64,000 nucleotides of DNA from the human T2T-CHM13v2.0 reference genome, Homo sapiens, in NCBI RefSeq assembly GCF_009914755.1, contig NC_060932.1; one strand, given 5' to 3'. This document shows, piece by piece, positions 52,191 to 64,000 of this stretch; within the stretch, counting starts at the first letter, position 1, and the number at the start of each line of letters is the position of its first letter. Under the pieces are notes generated by a model, which had not been told where the DNA came from, searched no databases, and worked only from the letters and a program-made list of their open reading frames with translations. The position numbers and the translations under genes were made by a program.

Positions 52191-53675
52191 AGGCCTTGCT
52201 CCCAGTCTCTGTGAGGGGTTGTGAAATGCATGTGTGTTTGTAGGGGGTGTGTGTGTATGTGTAAATAGAGTCTCAGCCTAGGCTTTGAGGCCACTTTGTG
52301 GGAGTCTTGAGAAAAGCCAGCTGAGAGCTGTGACGTTTGATGGCTGAGAGCATGTCTCCCTCTTGACAAAATCAGAGCTCAGGGTCACAGCCCGGATGGG
52401 GCATCCAAGACAGCACTAGAATGTTCCCAGCCTCCCGGGCCCCTTCCTCTCCAGGAGGCTGCCCTCATTTTACCACCAAGGCGTCTCTGACAGATGGTGG
52501 CTGTGCTCCGGGTGGTGGGGCCCCTGGGAGCAGGCCCTGGACCATAGCGCCCACTGTGGACTACAGGTCTAGCCCCAGGAGGGTGACACCCAGGGGCCCA
52601 GAAACAGCTGCTGGAGCAGGAAGGGTGAGGTGGGTAGGCTCAGTGGGGGTCTGCAGGGCCCAGGAGGAGTGGCAGTTTCCAGGGTGAACATTCTCCTCTC
52701 CTAGCCAGGCTGGGGCCCATCTCCTGCCACGACCTCCCTTGGGCAGCCCTTGGGAGGAGCCGGCGCTGGGTAGGAGGGCCACTGGGTCCTGTCCTTCCTC
52801 ATGTCCTTGAGTTCCTTGTGTGTTTCTAGGACCACGTGCATGTGTGTGCATGCGTGTCCATGCCTGTGATCATGGGGAGTCTCAGCCTGGAGGCTTCTGG
52901 GGCAGAGGACTCCCTGGAGAGTTGCCTGGAGGACTGGGGCACTGGCCTAGGGCCAAGGTGAAATGAAGGCCCCTTCTGCACCAGAACTTGTGGCTGCCCT
53001 GGGCATCTGACCCCCTGGGCACCTGACCCCTGGGAGCAGAGCTGAGTGAGGGCAGGGATGTTAGGTGGACATGTGGGGTGAGCCTGGAGAGGCAGGCAGT
53101 GGACACACTGGGATCCAGCCTATGGTCTCCTCCTCAAAGCAGCCTCCGCCATCAGCCTTGGGGCAAGGCCCTGCTCAGGCTGGGGAGGTGGGTAGTGGGG
53201 TGCTCCAGAGGACAACCCCAGCTCCTGGTCACTGCCTTGACCTTCCTTCCACCTGACATGCCTTGCCCTCCTCAAGGCCTGCCAGATCTCTCCATCCTTC
53301 AAGGCTTGGCCCTAATGCCCCCTCCTCCAAGGAGATGGCCCTGACTTCACCCTGGTAGATGTGGTGCTCCCTTGCCGAAGGGTCTCAGCTGCTGCCCCAC
53401 CCTGGTCAGGCCCCCACATCCCCTGAGGGCAGAGATCTGCATGGTTTGTGTGGGGGTCCCAGGCCCAGTGGCTGTTCTCACGATGGGATAGAGCTTAACA
53501 TCACAGGAAGGCAGGAAGAGAGACAGACACACAGGAACGGGGACATCGACGAGGTCAGAGATGCAGCAGGGCAGGTCTGTGCCCAGAAAGGAGACTCAGG
53601 AGTCCTGGTGCAGGGGGCACTTCTTCAAGGCATTCGGGGCTGGGCCGCATAGGGCCATGGGGGTGGGCGGGGACT

Positions 53676-53875
53676 CTACAGTCGGAGGCTCAAGAGTGGG
53701 AGGAGCGTGAGGGCCCCGCAGTGGAGGCTGTTCAGAGCGGGCGCCCCGTCTACATTGCACAGCTCAGTATTGCAGCAGGACACGGGCAGGGTCTGGCCGA
53801 TGCCATCCACATCCGAGGGCTTACACTTGCTGGCACAGGACTTGGTCACCGTGGAGTCCCCCTGGAAGGGGTACA
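53676..53875 (-). CDS. LYPD2: LYPD2 exon 3
   Basis: CCCACAG acceptor; [66 protein letters not shown]; GPI-type tail; 200 nt. Confidence 0.97.
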
Positions 53876-54295
53876 CTGTGGGGTGTGGGAAGAGTCAGCC
53901 ATCAGGGCTGGTCACTGCCTCCAAGCCCTGGTCCCTGCCAGTACCACCTCATGCAGGCCCCACTCTGGGGTCACCCACCCGGGTCTCCGTCCCTCCTGGC
54001 CCAGTGCCCTCCTCTTCCTCTCTCCTCCCACCGACGTTGTCCGGGTGTCTACCATGTGCCAGGCACCCGGCCTGATGGGGCAGTTCCCGCCCCGAGGTGA
54101 CTGTTGAAACCAAAGCCTGTAAGTGTGCCCAGCTTCTCCAGTCCCCCCAAAACGAGGTTACAGATATGTTCCCACCGAAGGACATGAGGGAGAGAGGAAG
54201 GAAGGGGAGGGCAGAGGGAGGCCTAGCTCGGGCAGAAAGCCATTTCTGGAGATGGGTGAGGTGGTGGCTGTGCACTGGGGCCAAGCTGGCTGGTG

Positions 54296-54466
54296 GTGAC
54301 TGGGCTGGAGGTGGCTCTGACCGGGAACCCAGCCCTGCCCGCCTTCCATGCTCACTGCCCTATCTCCTGGGAGTAGAGTGTGACTGGGCTGGAGGTGGCT
54401 CTGACCGGGAACCCGGCCCTGCCCGCCTTCTGTGCCCACTGACCTATCTCCCGGGAGTAGAGTGTG
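54296..54466. repeat. 84-bp tandem duplication spanning the LYPD2 exon 2 donor
   Basis: GTGACTGGGCTGGAGGTGGCTCTGACCGGGAACCC...GGGAGTAGAGTGTG at 54296 and 54380. Confidence 0.93.
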
Positions 54467-54563
54467 GTCTTGCACATGGTTTCGTTGGTGGTGCAGGTGG
54501 CGATGGTGACACAGTCCGACACTCCTGTGGGCTCCGGACAGACGTAGCAGCGCAGGGCCGGCG
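54444..54563 (-). CDS. LYPD2: LYPD2 exon 2
   Basis: TCCCCAG acceptor; APALRCYVCPEPTGVSDCVTIATCTTNETMCKTTLYSREI; donor G|GTCAGT; 120 nt. Confidence 0.97.
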   Translation of the reverse strand, partial: RRPCAATSVRSPQECRTVSPSPPAPPTKPCARPHSTPGR

Positions 54564-55786
54564 CTGGGGAGAAGGGACAAGGGCGGTCAGGCAGGCTCCA
54601 CCCCTCCCAAGCCCAGAGACAGTCTGTCCTGGAAGCCCAGGTCTGAAGAGGACAGTGACACTGGCCAGGGTAGAGATGCCTACCAGCCAAAACTCAGGAG
54701 CAATGCCAGGAGCCTGCAGCTGGGGACAGGCCGGGCTCAGCCTCGGAACCTTGCATCCCAGAGGCAGAGTCGGCTGCTGGGGGTGGGGATCCAGCCTGCA
54801 AGGCCTGGGAGGAGCCAAGCCAAGCCCCTTTGGAAGTGTTTGGGAGACTCAGGGGGACCAAGGCCCTGGCATCTTCATAGCAAGAGGCACCTCGGGCAGG
54901 AAGCCTTGGGTGGGGGCGTGGCTGGGGGCAGGTTACCCCCTCAGTTTCCCCATCAGGGAAGTGCTGCTGTGGAGGTCAAGGGATCAGGCCAGGAGGCCCA
55001 TGGAATGCAGGGTGTGCCAGGCTGCATCCGGGCTGTGTCTGGGTGCCCACTCCTCTCCCACAGGGACTTGCAGACCGGCAGGGACGGGGACCGGAGAGGC
55101 TCCAATTCCCTCCTGCTCCGGTGACCCCGGCCCCAACCGCAGCAGCCCAGGTGGGTCTGGCTGGTTCCAGCTGGCCAGGGCAGCCAGCTGCACAGCTAGG
55201 CCCGACTCCTCTGTCCCCACTGTGGGGATGCAGCGGGGCCTCTGCCCCTCTCTGGTGCACCTGTTTCTGGGAAATGGGCAAAGCCATCTGCCAGGGGCCT
55301 CTGGGCCAAGCTGCTTCTGGTTGAGTCCAGGACATTGCCCCTGATGGTTGTTTCAGGCTCCACATCAGGGAGTCACCCCACCCCATGTGTCTGGTTTCCC
55401 CACTCCTCTCCATCTCTACTGCCACCCCAGCCTCAGAGCCTCCCTGGGGTTGCCTTCCTTCCCCCGCTCAAGGCCCTTCTGGGTGCCCATAGCCCCCCAT
55501 AAAGTGTGACACCCAGGCTGGTGCTCAGGGGTGTGGCTGGCTGGGCCCCTGCCCACCTTGAAGGCCACCCTCTGCTCACCCTCATTAGGCGTCCCCCTCA
55601 CCGCCAGCCCCTCTCTCCGTTTCCACCCTCCCCTCCTTATGGCGGGGGGGCCACACCCCCGGCCCCACAGCTCTGGCTTCTCCTGCCTCTGAGGCCCCTT
55701 CCTGGGGCGCCCTCCCGGGAACAGTGTGAATGTCAGTGGGTGGCATCTCCCTCCGTCCCAGCTCCCCTGTGGGTCCCACACCTCAC

Positions 55787-55844
55787 CCAGCTCTCCGCAG
55801 GCAGCCAGCACCAGCGCCAGGAGCACCAGCTGCGTCCCCCGCAT
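55787..55844 (-). CDS. LYPD2: LYPD2 exon 1 (signal peptide)
   Basis: ACC ATG; MRGTQLVLLALVLAACGEL; donor G|GTGAGG; 58+120+200=378 nt = 125 aa plus stop. Confidence 0.96.
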
Positions 55845-57924
55845 GGTCCCGGCCCACTCCTCTGTGCTCTCACCCCAGGCTTGCCTGGCGGGGACAGCAG
55901 ACACCAAGTGAGGTGGCGACAGACTGGTCTGCTGAGCGGATTAGTGGGGTAGAGTTTCCCCAGGGTGGAGGTGTGAAGACCCCGCCCCTCCAGGGGCTCC
56001 CCAGCCTTCCAGGCTGCTCCTCCCACTCCCAGCCTGGCCCTCTAGGCCCACCCCACCCAACTGGGACCCTCCCTGTCCCTTCCTCATTCCTCCAGTATCA
56101 GGCCGGTCCCCTCCCTGCCCTTTCCTGACCCCTCCAGCTCCCCGCCTCCGCCACCATGGCCTGGGGCCGCCCCTTCTTCCCTTTGTGGGGACCCTCCTTG
56201 ACTCCTACACACCCTGTGCTCGGCTCTTCTCCCCACCCCCCTCATCCAGGAGAGCCCCCACTGGCTCACCCCAGGCAGCCCAGGGACCCCCCAGACTGCC
56301 TGGAAGGGGGCAGGGGAGTGTTACGGGCCACTCTCTGCTGCTGGCTCCTCAGGGATCCCTCCTGCCTCAGGTCATCTGTGTTCCAAGGCAGATCTGTGTG
56401 CTGGATCTTCCAAGATTCTGGGCTGGAATCTTTCCAGGAGGACCTTGGTCCCACCTCCGAGCTCCTTTGAGTGGTCAGGCTGGGTGTTGGGGGCCTGGGA
56501 GTGAACTGCCACCCGGACAGCCAGCTACAGGGTGTGCTCAGAGGCTTAAGGAGACAAATGCCAAAAACTACTGGGTCAGCAGAGAAGGTCCTGGATAGAG
56601 AGTGGGGTGGGGAGGAGCTGGGGTCTCTTGGGGGTGCTAATCCCATGCCCCCAGCCACCTGCCAGCTGGGTACCTTCATCTCTAACCTTCTGATAAAGCT
56701 GCCCTCAGGCAGGGCTTACCACCTCCTTGCAGGTAAGGAAATTGAGGGAAAGTTCCTTACCCGGGGCTCAGACAGGGGACAGTGATTTTGGGTTGGGATG
56801 CCTCAGACCATCTCCTGCTCAGCTCCCAGCTCCCCCCAAGGACATCCCCCCAGACTGCCTGCTCCAGCCTCCCCAGGTTGTGTCTGGTCTGTGATCCTGC
56901 CACCCCCTGCTCCCAGTCCTGCAGCTGCCAGTGTGTAGGGTGTGGGGGTTGGGGGAGGGATGTGTGACAAGCAGCCTGTGTCTTCCTGGGCCCTGGCGGT
57001 CAAGGCCATGATCTCAGCTAAGCCCAGACTCACACTGGAGCTCTTCAGCCTGAGCACCCAAATCCCACCTCATCCTGGTCTTTGCTCCTGCTGTTCCCAC
57101 TGCCAGGAATGCCCTTCCCTCTTCTGTCCCAGTGTTTGAAATTCTGTCTTTGGTCGACCGCACTCTCCTGCCCGCACCCCCTCCCTGCCATGGCCCTTTT
57201 GGTGTCCCCACACTTTCCTGCTGCATCAGCTGTTTGGGATCTGGTCTTCGCCCCAGTGGCTGGGAGAGCCTGTGTCTCTCTGAGACTAGGTGGGGGTGGA
57301 GTGTGCAGGGGTGGTGAGTGGGGCACCAAGGATTCCCTAGCGCCCCACTTGTGTCAGAGACTTAGCCTAGCAGATCTCACTTTTCCTCACTGCAGCTTCA
57401 GAGGTGCACAGTGCTAATGAATTTATTTTGCATAAGGGAACTGTGGCTCTGAGAAGTAATTGACTTAGGCAAGGCCGCCCAGCCAGGCCTGGGTGAAGGC
57501 TGAACAGCAGCAAGCCTGTCTGGTTTTTCATGGTGCCACTCAGCCACGCTGCAACTGGCCATTGATGCTGGGTGCAGCTAACTGGATTAGACACCCCACC
57601 CTACACACCCTGGGTTCCTCTTGAGGCCTGACCCAATTCCTCTGCCATGGCATGGCCCAGCTCCTTCCTGTCCTCAGACCCAGGGGCCCCACCTGTGCCT
57701 TCTACCCAGAATACACGCCTGGCCCCCAGGCATTCACCTCCTCCTAGAATATCTGCCTGACCCCCATTGGAGAGATCCAGGCTAAGCCTTTCTGCAAAGT
57801 TGCAGCTGCCTGATTGGGGTGTGGAAAAATGTGGCCTAGCCAGGGTCTGGGCTGGCTTTGTTTGGGAGGACTGTGTTCCAGGAAGACCACACCCTTCCCT
57901 CCTCAGTTCCACCAGGAACTTCTG

Positions 57925-58470
57925 GGTCAGGGCTCAGTGTGTGACCAGAATCTGGGATCAGTCTATTATTAAGATCAGGGCTCAGCATATTACAAATATC
58001 AGAGTTCAGCACATCACCAGGATCAGAGTCAATGTGTGATCAGGAGCAAGGCTCACCTTGTGACCAGGATCAGGGCGCAGTGTGTGATCAGGAGCAGGGC
58101 TCAGCACGTAACAAATGTCAGAGCTCAGCTTGTAATCAGGATCAGGGCTCAGTGTGTGATCAGGAGCAGGGCTCAGCATGTAACAAATGGCAGGGCTCAA
58201 CTTGTGAGGATCAGGGCTCAGTATGTGATTAGGAGCAGGGCTCAGCATGTAACAAATGTCAGGGCTCAGCTTGTGACTAAGATCAGGGCTCAGTGTGTGA
58301 TTAGGAGCAGGGGTCAGCATGTAACAAATGTCAGAGCTCAGCTTGTAATCAGGATCAGGGCTCAGTGTGTGATCAGGAGCAGGGCTCAGCATGTAACAAA
58401 TGTCAGAGTTCAGCTTGTGACTTGTATTGGGATCAGTGTGTAACTAGGATCAGGGCTCAGCGTGAGACCA
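57925..58470 (+). repeat. Minisatellite of 24-bp monomers in a 72-bp higher-order unit
   Basis: CAGGGCTCAG core every 24 bp or so; ORF 58036 shows the RAQCVIRS/RAQHVTNV/RAQLVIRI cycle about 5 times. Confidence 0.93.
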
Positions 58471-58939
58471 GAGACAGCCTCTAGGGATGACCTCCAACCA
58501 CAGTAATGCTGCTGCTAAACTGAGGAATTGTCAGGCTGCCACCGGAGCTACTGACTTCAAGAAATTACCCCTGAACTGTGATCCAGGGATCAGATGGGGC
58601 CCTCACACCTGCTCCCACACCACTGCCTCTTTTCTGGGCACACTGGACCCCTGCTGTGAAGCCCTTCTCCAGGACCTTCCCCAGATCCCTCTCCATGGGC
58701 CAGGGTGAAGATTCAAGTCTGTCACCTAGAGGCACTCTGGTGGGGTAGGGCAGCAGGGAAGAGAGGCCACACCCTGGTCCCTGGCAGTTTCTGCTGACAG
58801 GTCAGTGGGTGGGATGGTACCCAGGGTGGGATGGGAGCTCAGGTTCCATGGTCTGCCATGTCCCTTGCTACCAGGGTCTGTCCGTGGTCATCTGGTGTCC
58901 CATCATCACCCAGTGTTCTGTGTCTGCTCAGGCCCTGTG

Positions 58940-59680
58940 GTCAGTCAGTATCCTGTGGCCGCCCACACTTACTGTGTCACTGTTTCTGTTTTGGAGTCTG
59001 GGCACGGCTTCATGTTGCTGCCGGGTCACTCCCAGGCTACAATGCAGGCTTTGGCTGAGCCATAATCATCTCAAGGCTCAGCTTGGGGAGGACCTGCTTT
59101 TAAACTGGTGTGGAGTTGGCCAAATTCTGTTCCTCACTGTCTGTCTGTTGTTGGAGGCCGCCCTCAGCTCCCGGCCATGTGGACCTGTTCAACGTGGCCA
59201 CCAGCTTCGTCAGAGCCTCAAGCTGCACTAGTGTCTATTGCTGGGTAGCAAATCACCCTACACTTAGGGGTTTAAAACCGAGCCTCAGGCTGCACTAGTG
59301 TCTATTGCTGGGTAGCAAATCACCCTACACTTAGGGGTTCAAAACCACACCCATTTTTAGCTCCGGCCTTTCTTGCCTTGTGGGTTCGGCTGGGCTCTCT
59401 GCTCAGGGTCCCACAGGCCACAGTCGAGGTGTGGTGGGGCTGGACTCCACCTGGAGGCTCCAGAAGGAATCTTCAGCCTCACTCAGGCACTGGCAGAATC
59501 CGGGTCCTTGAGGTTGCAGGGCTGACATCCCTGTTTCCTTGCTGGCATCTGCGGAGGCTGCTGTCTGCTCCAGGGCCCCCATTCCTCCTTGGGTGACCCC
59601 TCCACCTGCCAGTCAGCCACGCGCACTGCATCCTCCTCCAGCTTCAGTCTCTGTCTTCCTTTTCTGCCACTGGCAGACAT
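58940..59680 (-). mobile_element. Decayed MLT1 (MaLR) LTR fragments
   Basis: CTATTGCTGGGTAGCAAATCACC, GGCAGAATCCGGGTCCTTGAGGTTGCAGGGCTGAC and similar MLT1-like phrases. Confidence 0.55.
59213..59346. repeat. 67-bp tandem duplication
   Basis: GAGCCTCA(A/G)GCTGCACTAGTGTCTATTGCTGGG...AAAACC at 59213 and 59280. Confidence 0.93.
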
Positions 59681-61302
59681 GTTCCATCCCTGGCTGCATC
59701 TTGCACCAAACAGTAAAACCCCCGACTTTGTCATTCTCTCCACAAGTGCTGAGGTTCACCGGAGGTGGCTTCTGGCGTCTGCTCTTGCCTTCCCCCTTCC
59801 CACCCTTATGATGAAGTGCAGCCACATGCCGTCCCCAAAGCCTCACCTTCCGTGGCCACCTCATCCCAGGGGAGGGATTTGGAAGCTGATTTGTTGCCGC
59901 CCATCTTCTCGGCTGATGGGACCCTCAGAGGTCAGATGACCAGCTCCAGAATCTGACCCTCAAGGGTCACTTGTAGGTAATGCCTTCTGATGGCCTCAAT
60001 GGGTCTTGAGGAAAGACTCCTGGAATGAGACCCCACGCCCACTGCTTATCAGGGAGGCGGTGGGCGGGGCCTATGCAGGAGCCACTGCCTTCACATGTAT
60101 ACCTTTGCAAGGTGGCCTGCGGCCCAGAAGCCCCGCGAGCCAGGACCCCACGCAGCCAGCAGAGAAGTAGGTGCCTTGCCTGGATTCCTGCCTTCCATAT
60201 TCAGGAAATAGAAGTCGCCCCTAGGCTCCAGGGCCCCTGGGAAAGGGAGCTGTGGTTTTCCAGCCCCTGCAGCACGAGGCGGTGCCCTGGCAAGGTTGTG
60301 GGTGGAGGCCTGGGCCTTCCACCAACACAGGCTGGGCTCCCTGCTGGCTCCAAGCCACAGTGAGGTGCCACAGGGGCAGCACTGGGGGCCTCTCCCCTGC
60401 ACCCAGGTGAACAGCCCCGCCTGCTCTGCTCTTGGTGGCTTCTCTTCCGTCCTCTCGCCCTGTTCACGTTTTGTGCTGTGAGCACCTCAGCTTTGGGGCA
60501 GGGGTCCCCAGGCCCCATGTGGGAGGCTGTGGCCAAGCCCGGGGCAGGGCAGTTTCTGATCACACTCGTATGAGATGGCCTCATTTGTTTTTTTGCCTCC
60601 AAAAGTGGAACTCCTCTATTCGGGCAGCTTCCTGGGTGGACGGGGAAAAGGAAGTGTCAAAAGTTCAGGCCTGGGGCACCCTTCCAGGCTAGATGCCAGC
60701 AAGGCTCAGGGAGGGCTGGCAGAGTCCAGTGAGGCCTGGGGGCTGGCTGGAAGGAGTCAGGCTTAGAGGTGCTGAGTGGGCAGGAGACACAATCCTGAGT
60801 CTGACACGCAGAGCCCTGTAGGAGCTGGCACTGTTCCCCTCTGTGGCCTTGTCCCCTGCTCAGTCCCTCCCAATTTATGTTGGCAATACCCACCCTCACC
60901 CAGAACCCAGAGGAGCTCTCTCTGCCACTGCAGCTCCAGGGCCCAGCGAGCCTTCCTGCGCAGCCTGCCTCAGGGTGGTCTCCCGGGAGTCTCAAGGGCT
61001 GCCCCACCTGGGCTCCGGCTCTCCCGGTCATCCAGCAGGGCAGGCCAATGGCTCCTAAACCAGTGTTCCTATGTTGAAAAGGAAGTGGAGGCACAAACAG
61101 CGCCAAGCGTTGTACGTTGGAAAGAGGTCTCCCGTGTCCTTCCAGAAGGGATGTGTCCTCCAGTGCCACCCTCTGCACCCACGCAGGTTAGCTCCCCTGC
61201 AGCTTCGTGATGGGAAAACTGCAGGGAACATGTGTCTGTGCATGTTCTTTGCCCCCTACCCTGTTAGGAGCAGCGGGTAGGAGCAGGGCTTGATCACACT
61301 GA

Positions 61303-61786
<484 letters not shown>

Positions 61787-62379
61787 TAGACCATGACTTT
61801 CCACCCTGCATCTTCATTCCTGAGCTTCACGCTTCCAGGAAGATAAAGCAGCAAATGGCTATCATTTATTGAGGATCTTCCCGAAAGGCCTATTGACTCT
61901 TCAATAGAAACTGTTAGGGGACACCTCAAGACTCAGAACCCATGGCCTCAAAATTCTAAACTACTTTTTCCGAGTCCTGGCTCAACACTAATGGAGCCCC
62001 CTCATTGGAAGACCTACCTCAAATCAGACTCAAATCCCAGGAGTGCTGGAGGGAGCTGGGGTGACCTGTCCTTGGGTTTTTGGTGACATTTTAGGGAGCC
62101 AGCATTCAACGAAATGCTAGTGGCATTTTGAAGTTTCCTGGACAGGGCTGATTTGTCCTGCGAGGGCTGCATCTGGGACAGCACCGAGGTTGGTCCGTGT
62201 CCTTTCTCGCCGCGTGGCCTGGTCGCTCTCCTGCTTGGGGGTTTGCAATTCTGCTTGGCACCTCTGTGATTCCCAGTACGGGTGAATTTCTTCTCCTTGG
62301 CTTGGCCACTTGAATGGCTTTTTCTGGAAACCTGCTGCTCATATCTGCTGCTCTTTGGGAATCTCGAAGGATTATTTAC

Positions 62380-63021
62380 TGTAAACCAAAAATAAAATTC
62401 TAAGGCCCTCCACAACCATCTGAATGGACCCTCTTCTTGACTAGGGTATTCCAAAGTGAACCTGAAAAACTGGTTCGGATCATGCCGGGAAAGGGTTGGA
62501 CAGCCTCATCATCCCTCCTCCCTCCTGGAATTCAGGAAAAGCTGACCACCGTTAACATCAACACAGACCTTCAGTCTGAGGAGAAGCATTTACCATCTAT
62601 TGTCTCGGAAGCCTGCTACCTGGAGGCTTCATCTGACGATAAAACCCTGGTCTCCACCCCCCTTGTAATCCACACATTCCTTTCCATTGATTCCAGCTCT
62701 TTAGATAATCTTAACTCTTTCAACCAATTGCCAATCAGAAAATTTTTAAATCTACCTAAAACCTGGAATCCCACCCCCCCCCCCCACCCCGCCCCCACCT
62801 CGTCCGCTGGAGTTGTCCTGCCTTTCCGGATGGAGAAATGTATATCTTCCATGTATTTGATTGATGTCTTCAGTATCCCTAAAACCAGACTGTGCCCCAG
62901 CCACCTTGGGCACATGTTCTCAGGGTCTCCTGAGGGCTGTGTCGTGGGCTATGGCCCCTTATATTTGGCTCAGAATAAATGTCTTCGAATATTTTACAGA
63001 GTTTGACTCTTTTTGTGGACG
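62380..63021 (+). mobile_element. MER4-family ERV1 solo LTR
   Basis: TGTAAACCAAAAATAAAATTCTAAGGCCC...TTTGGCTCAGAATAAATGTCTTC...GTTTGACTCTTTT; homologous to 28149-28941. Confidence 0.87.
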
Positions 63022-63221
63022 TTATGTGTGGAGGGAATCATCGCGTGTTACATGCGTGGCAAATATTTCCTTGTTTGTCTCGTCCTTCAGTTTGTTTATT
63101 CTTTTTTTCTTTTCTTTTCTTTTCTTTTATTTTAGATTTTTAGGTAGTATTTATGAATCCCAATCCCGGTTTTGTGTCTTTTCTTTTAAAAAAAATTTTA
63201 ACAGCTTTATTGAATATACTT

Positions 63222-64000
63222 CACGCACCATACAATCCACCCGTTTACAGTGGGTAACTCAGTGGTTTCTCACGCACCATACAATCCACCCATTTACAGT
63301 GGGTAATTCAGTGGTTTGTCACGCACCATCCAATCCACCCGTTTACAGTGGGTAATTCAGTGATTTCTCACGCACCATACAATCCACCCGTTTACAGTGG
63401 CTAATTCAGTGGTTTCTCATGCACCATACAATCCACCCGTTTACAGTGGGTAATTCAGTGGTTTGTCATGCAGCATACAATCCACCCGTTTACAGTGGGT
63501 AATTCAGTGGTTTCTCACGCACCATACAATCCACCCGTTTACAGTGGGTAATTCAGTGGTTTCTCACGCACCATACAATCCACCCGTTTACAGTGGGTAA
63601 CTCAGTGGTTTGTCACGCACCATACAATCCACCCGTTTACAGTGGGTAACTCAGTGGTTTGTCACGCACCATACAATCCACCCGTTTACAGTGGGTAACT
63701 CAGTGGTTTTTCACGTACCATACAATCCACCCGTTTACAGTGGGTAATTCAGTGGTTTCTCACGCAGCATACAATCCACCCATTTACAGTGGGTAATTCA
63801 GTGGTTTCTCACGCAGCATACAATCCACCCGTTTACAATGGGTAATTCAGTGGTTTGTCACGCACCATCCAATCCACCCGTTTACAGTGGGTAATTCAGT
63901 GGTTTGTCACGCACCATCCAATCCACCCGTTTACAGTGGGTAATTCAGTGGTTTGTCACGCACCATCCAATCCACCCGTTTACAGTGGGTAATTCAGTGG
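63222..64000 (+). repeat. 49-bp VNTR (about 16 copies, runs off the window)
   Basis: CACGCACCATACAATCCACCCGTTTACAGTGGGTAA(C/T)TCAGTGGTTT(C/G)T; units start at 63222, 63271 and so on. Confidence 0.97.

Noticed and set aside
54097-55344. 415-aa + strand ORF antisense to LYPD2
   Set aside because: GC-rich intronic antisense frame that includes the 84-bp duplication; no domain or clear start context
57925-58470. CRISPR-like or repeat-protein reading of the regular arrays (also 63222-64000, and ORFs 58006-58392 and 58036-58443)
   Set aside because: Head-to-tail tandem units with no unique spacers, no cas genes and a eukaryotic context; the ORFs are by-products of a period divisible by 3

Overview
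Primate, almost certainly human, genomic DNA from the Ly6/uPAR cluster on 8q24.3 (assigned from recognised proteins and gene order). Four spliced protein-coding genes can be rebuilt by hand with GT-AG junctions and intact frames: LY6K (+, 3 exons, 165 aa), THEM6 (+, 2 exons, 208 aa), SLURP1 (-, 3 exons, 103 aa) and LYPD2 (-, 3 exons, 125 aa). About 0.5-37.6 kb is dense with transposable elements: Alus, old L1, MaLR, ERV1/ERVK LTRs, a near full-length HSMAR2 mariner, an LTR-less ERV gag-pol remnant, and a HERV-I provirus nested in a MER41 LTR. About 38-62 kb is GC-rich, with an orphan CpG island and several tandem repeats. Nearly all ORF-track entries are spurious. I found no convincing new multi-gene system. 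The best leads are a possible in-frame LYPD2-SLURP1 read-through, a mariner-supplied LY6K polyA signal, a duplicated LYPD2 splice donor, the orphan CpG island with a 46-bp twin in SLURP1 intron 1, and inverted 24-bp arrays flanking LYPD2. Repeat subfamily names come from recalled consensus sequences and need RepeatMasker/Dfam confirmation; repeat boundaries without a TSD are approximate.
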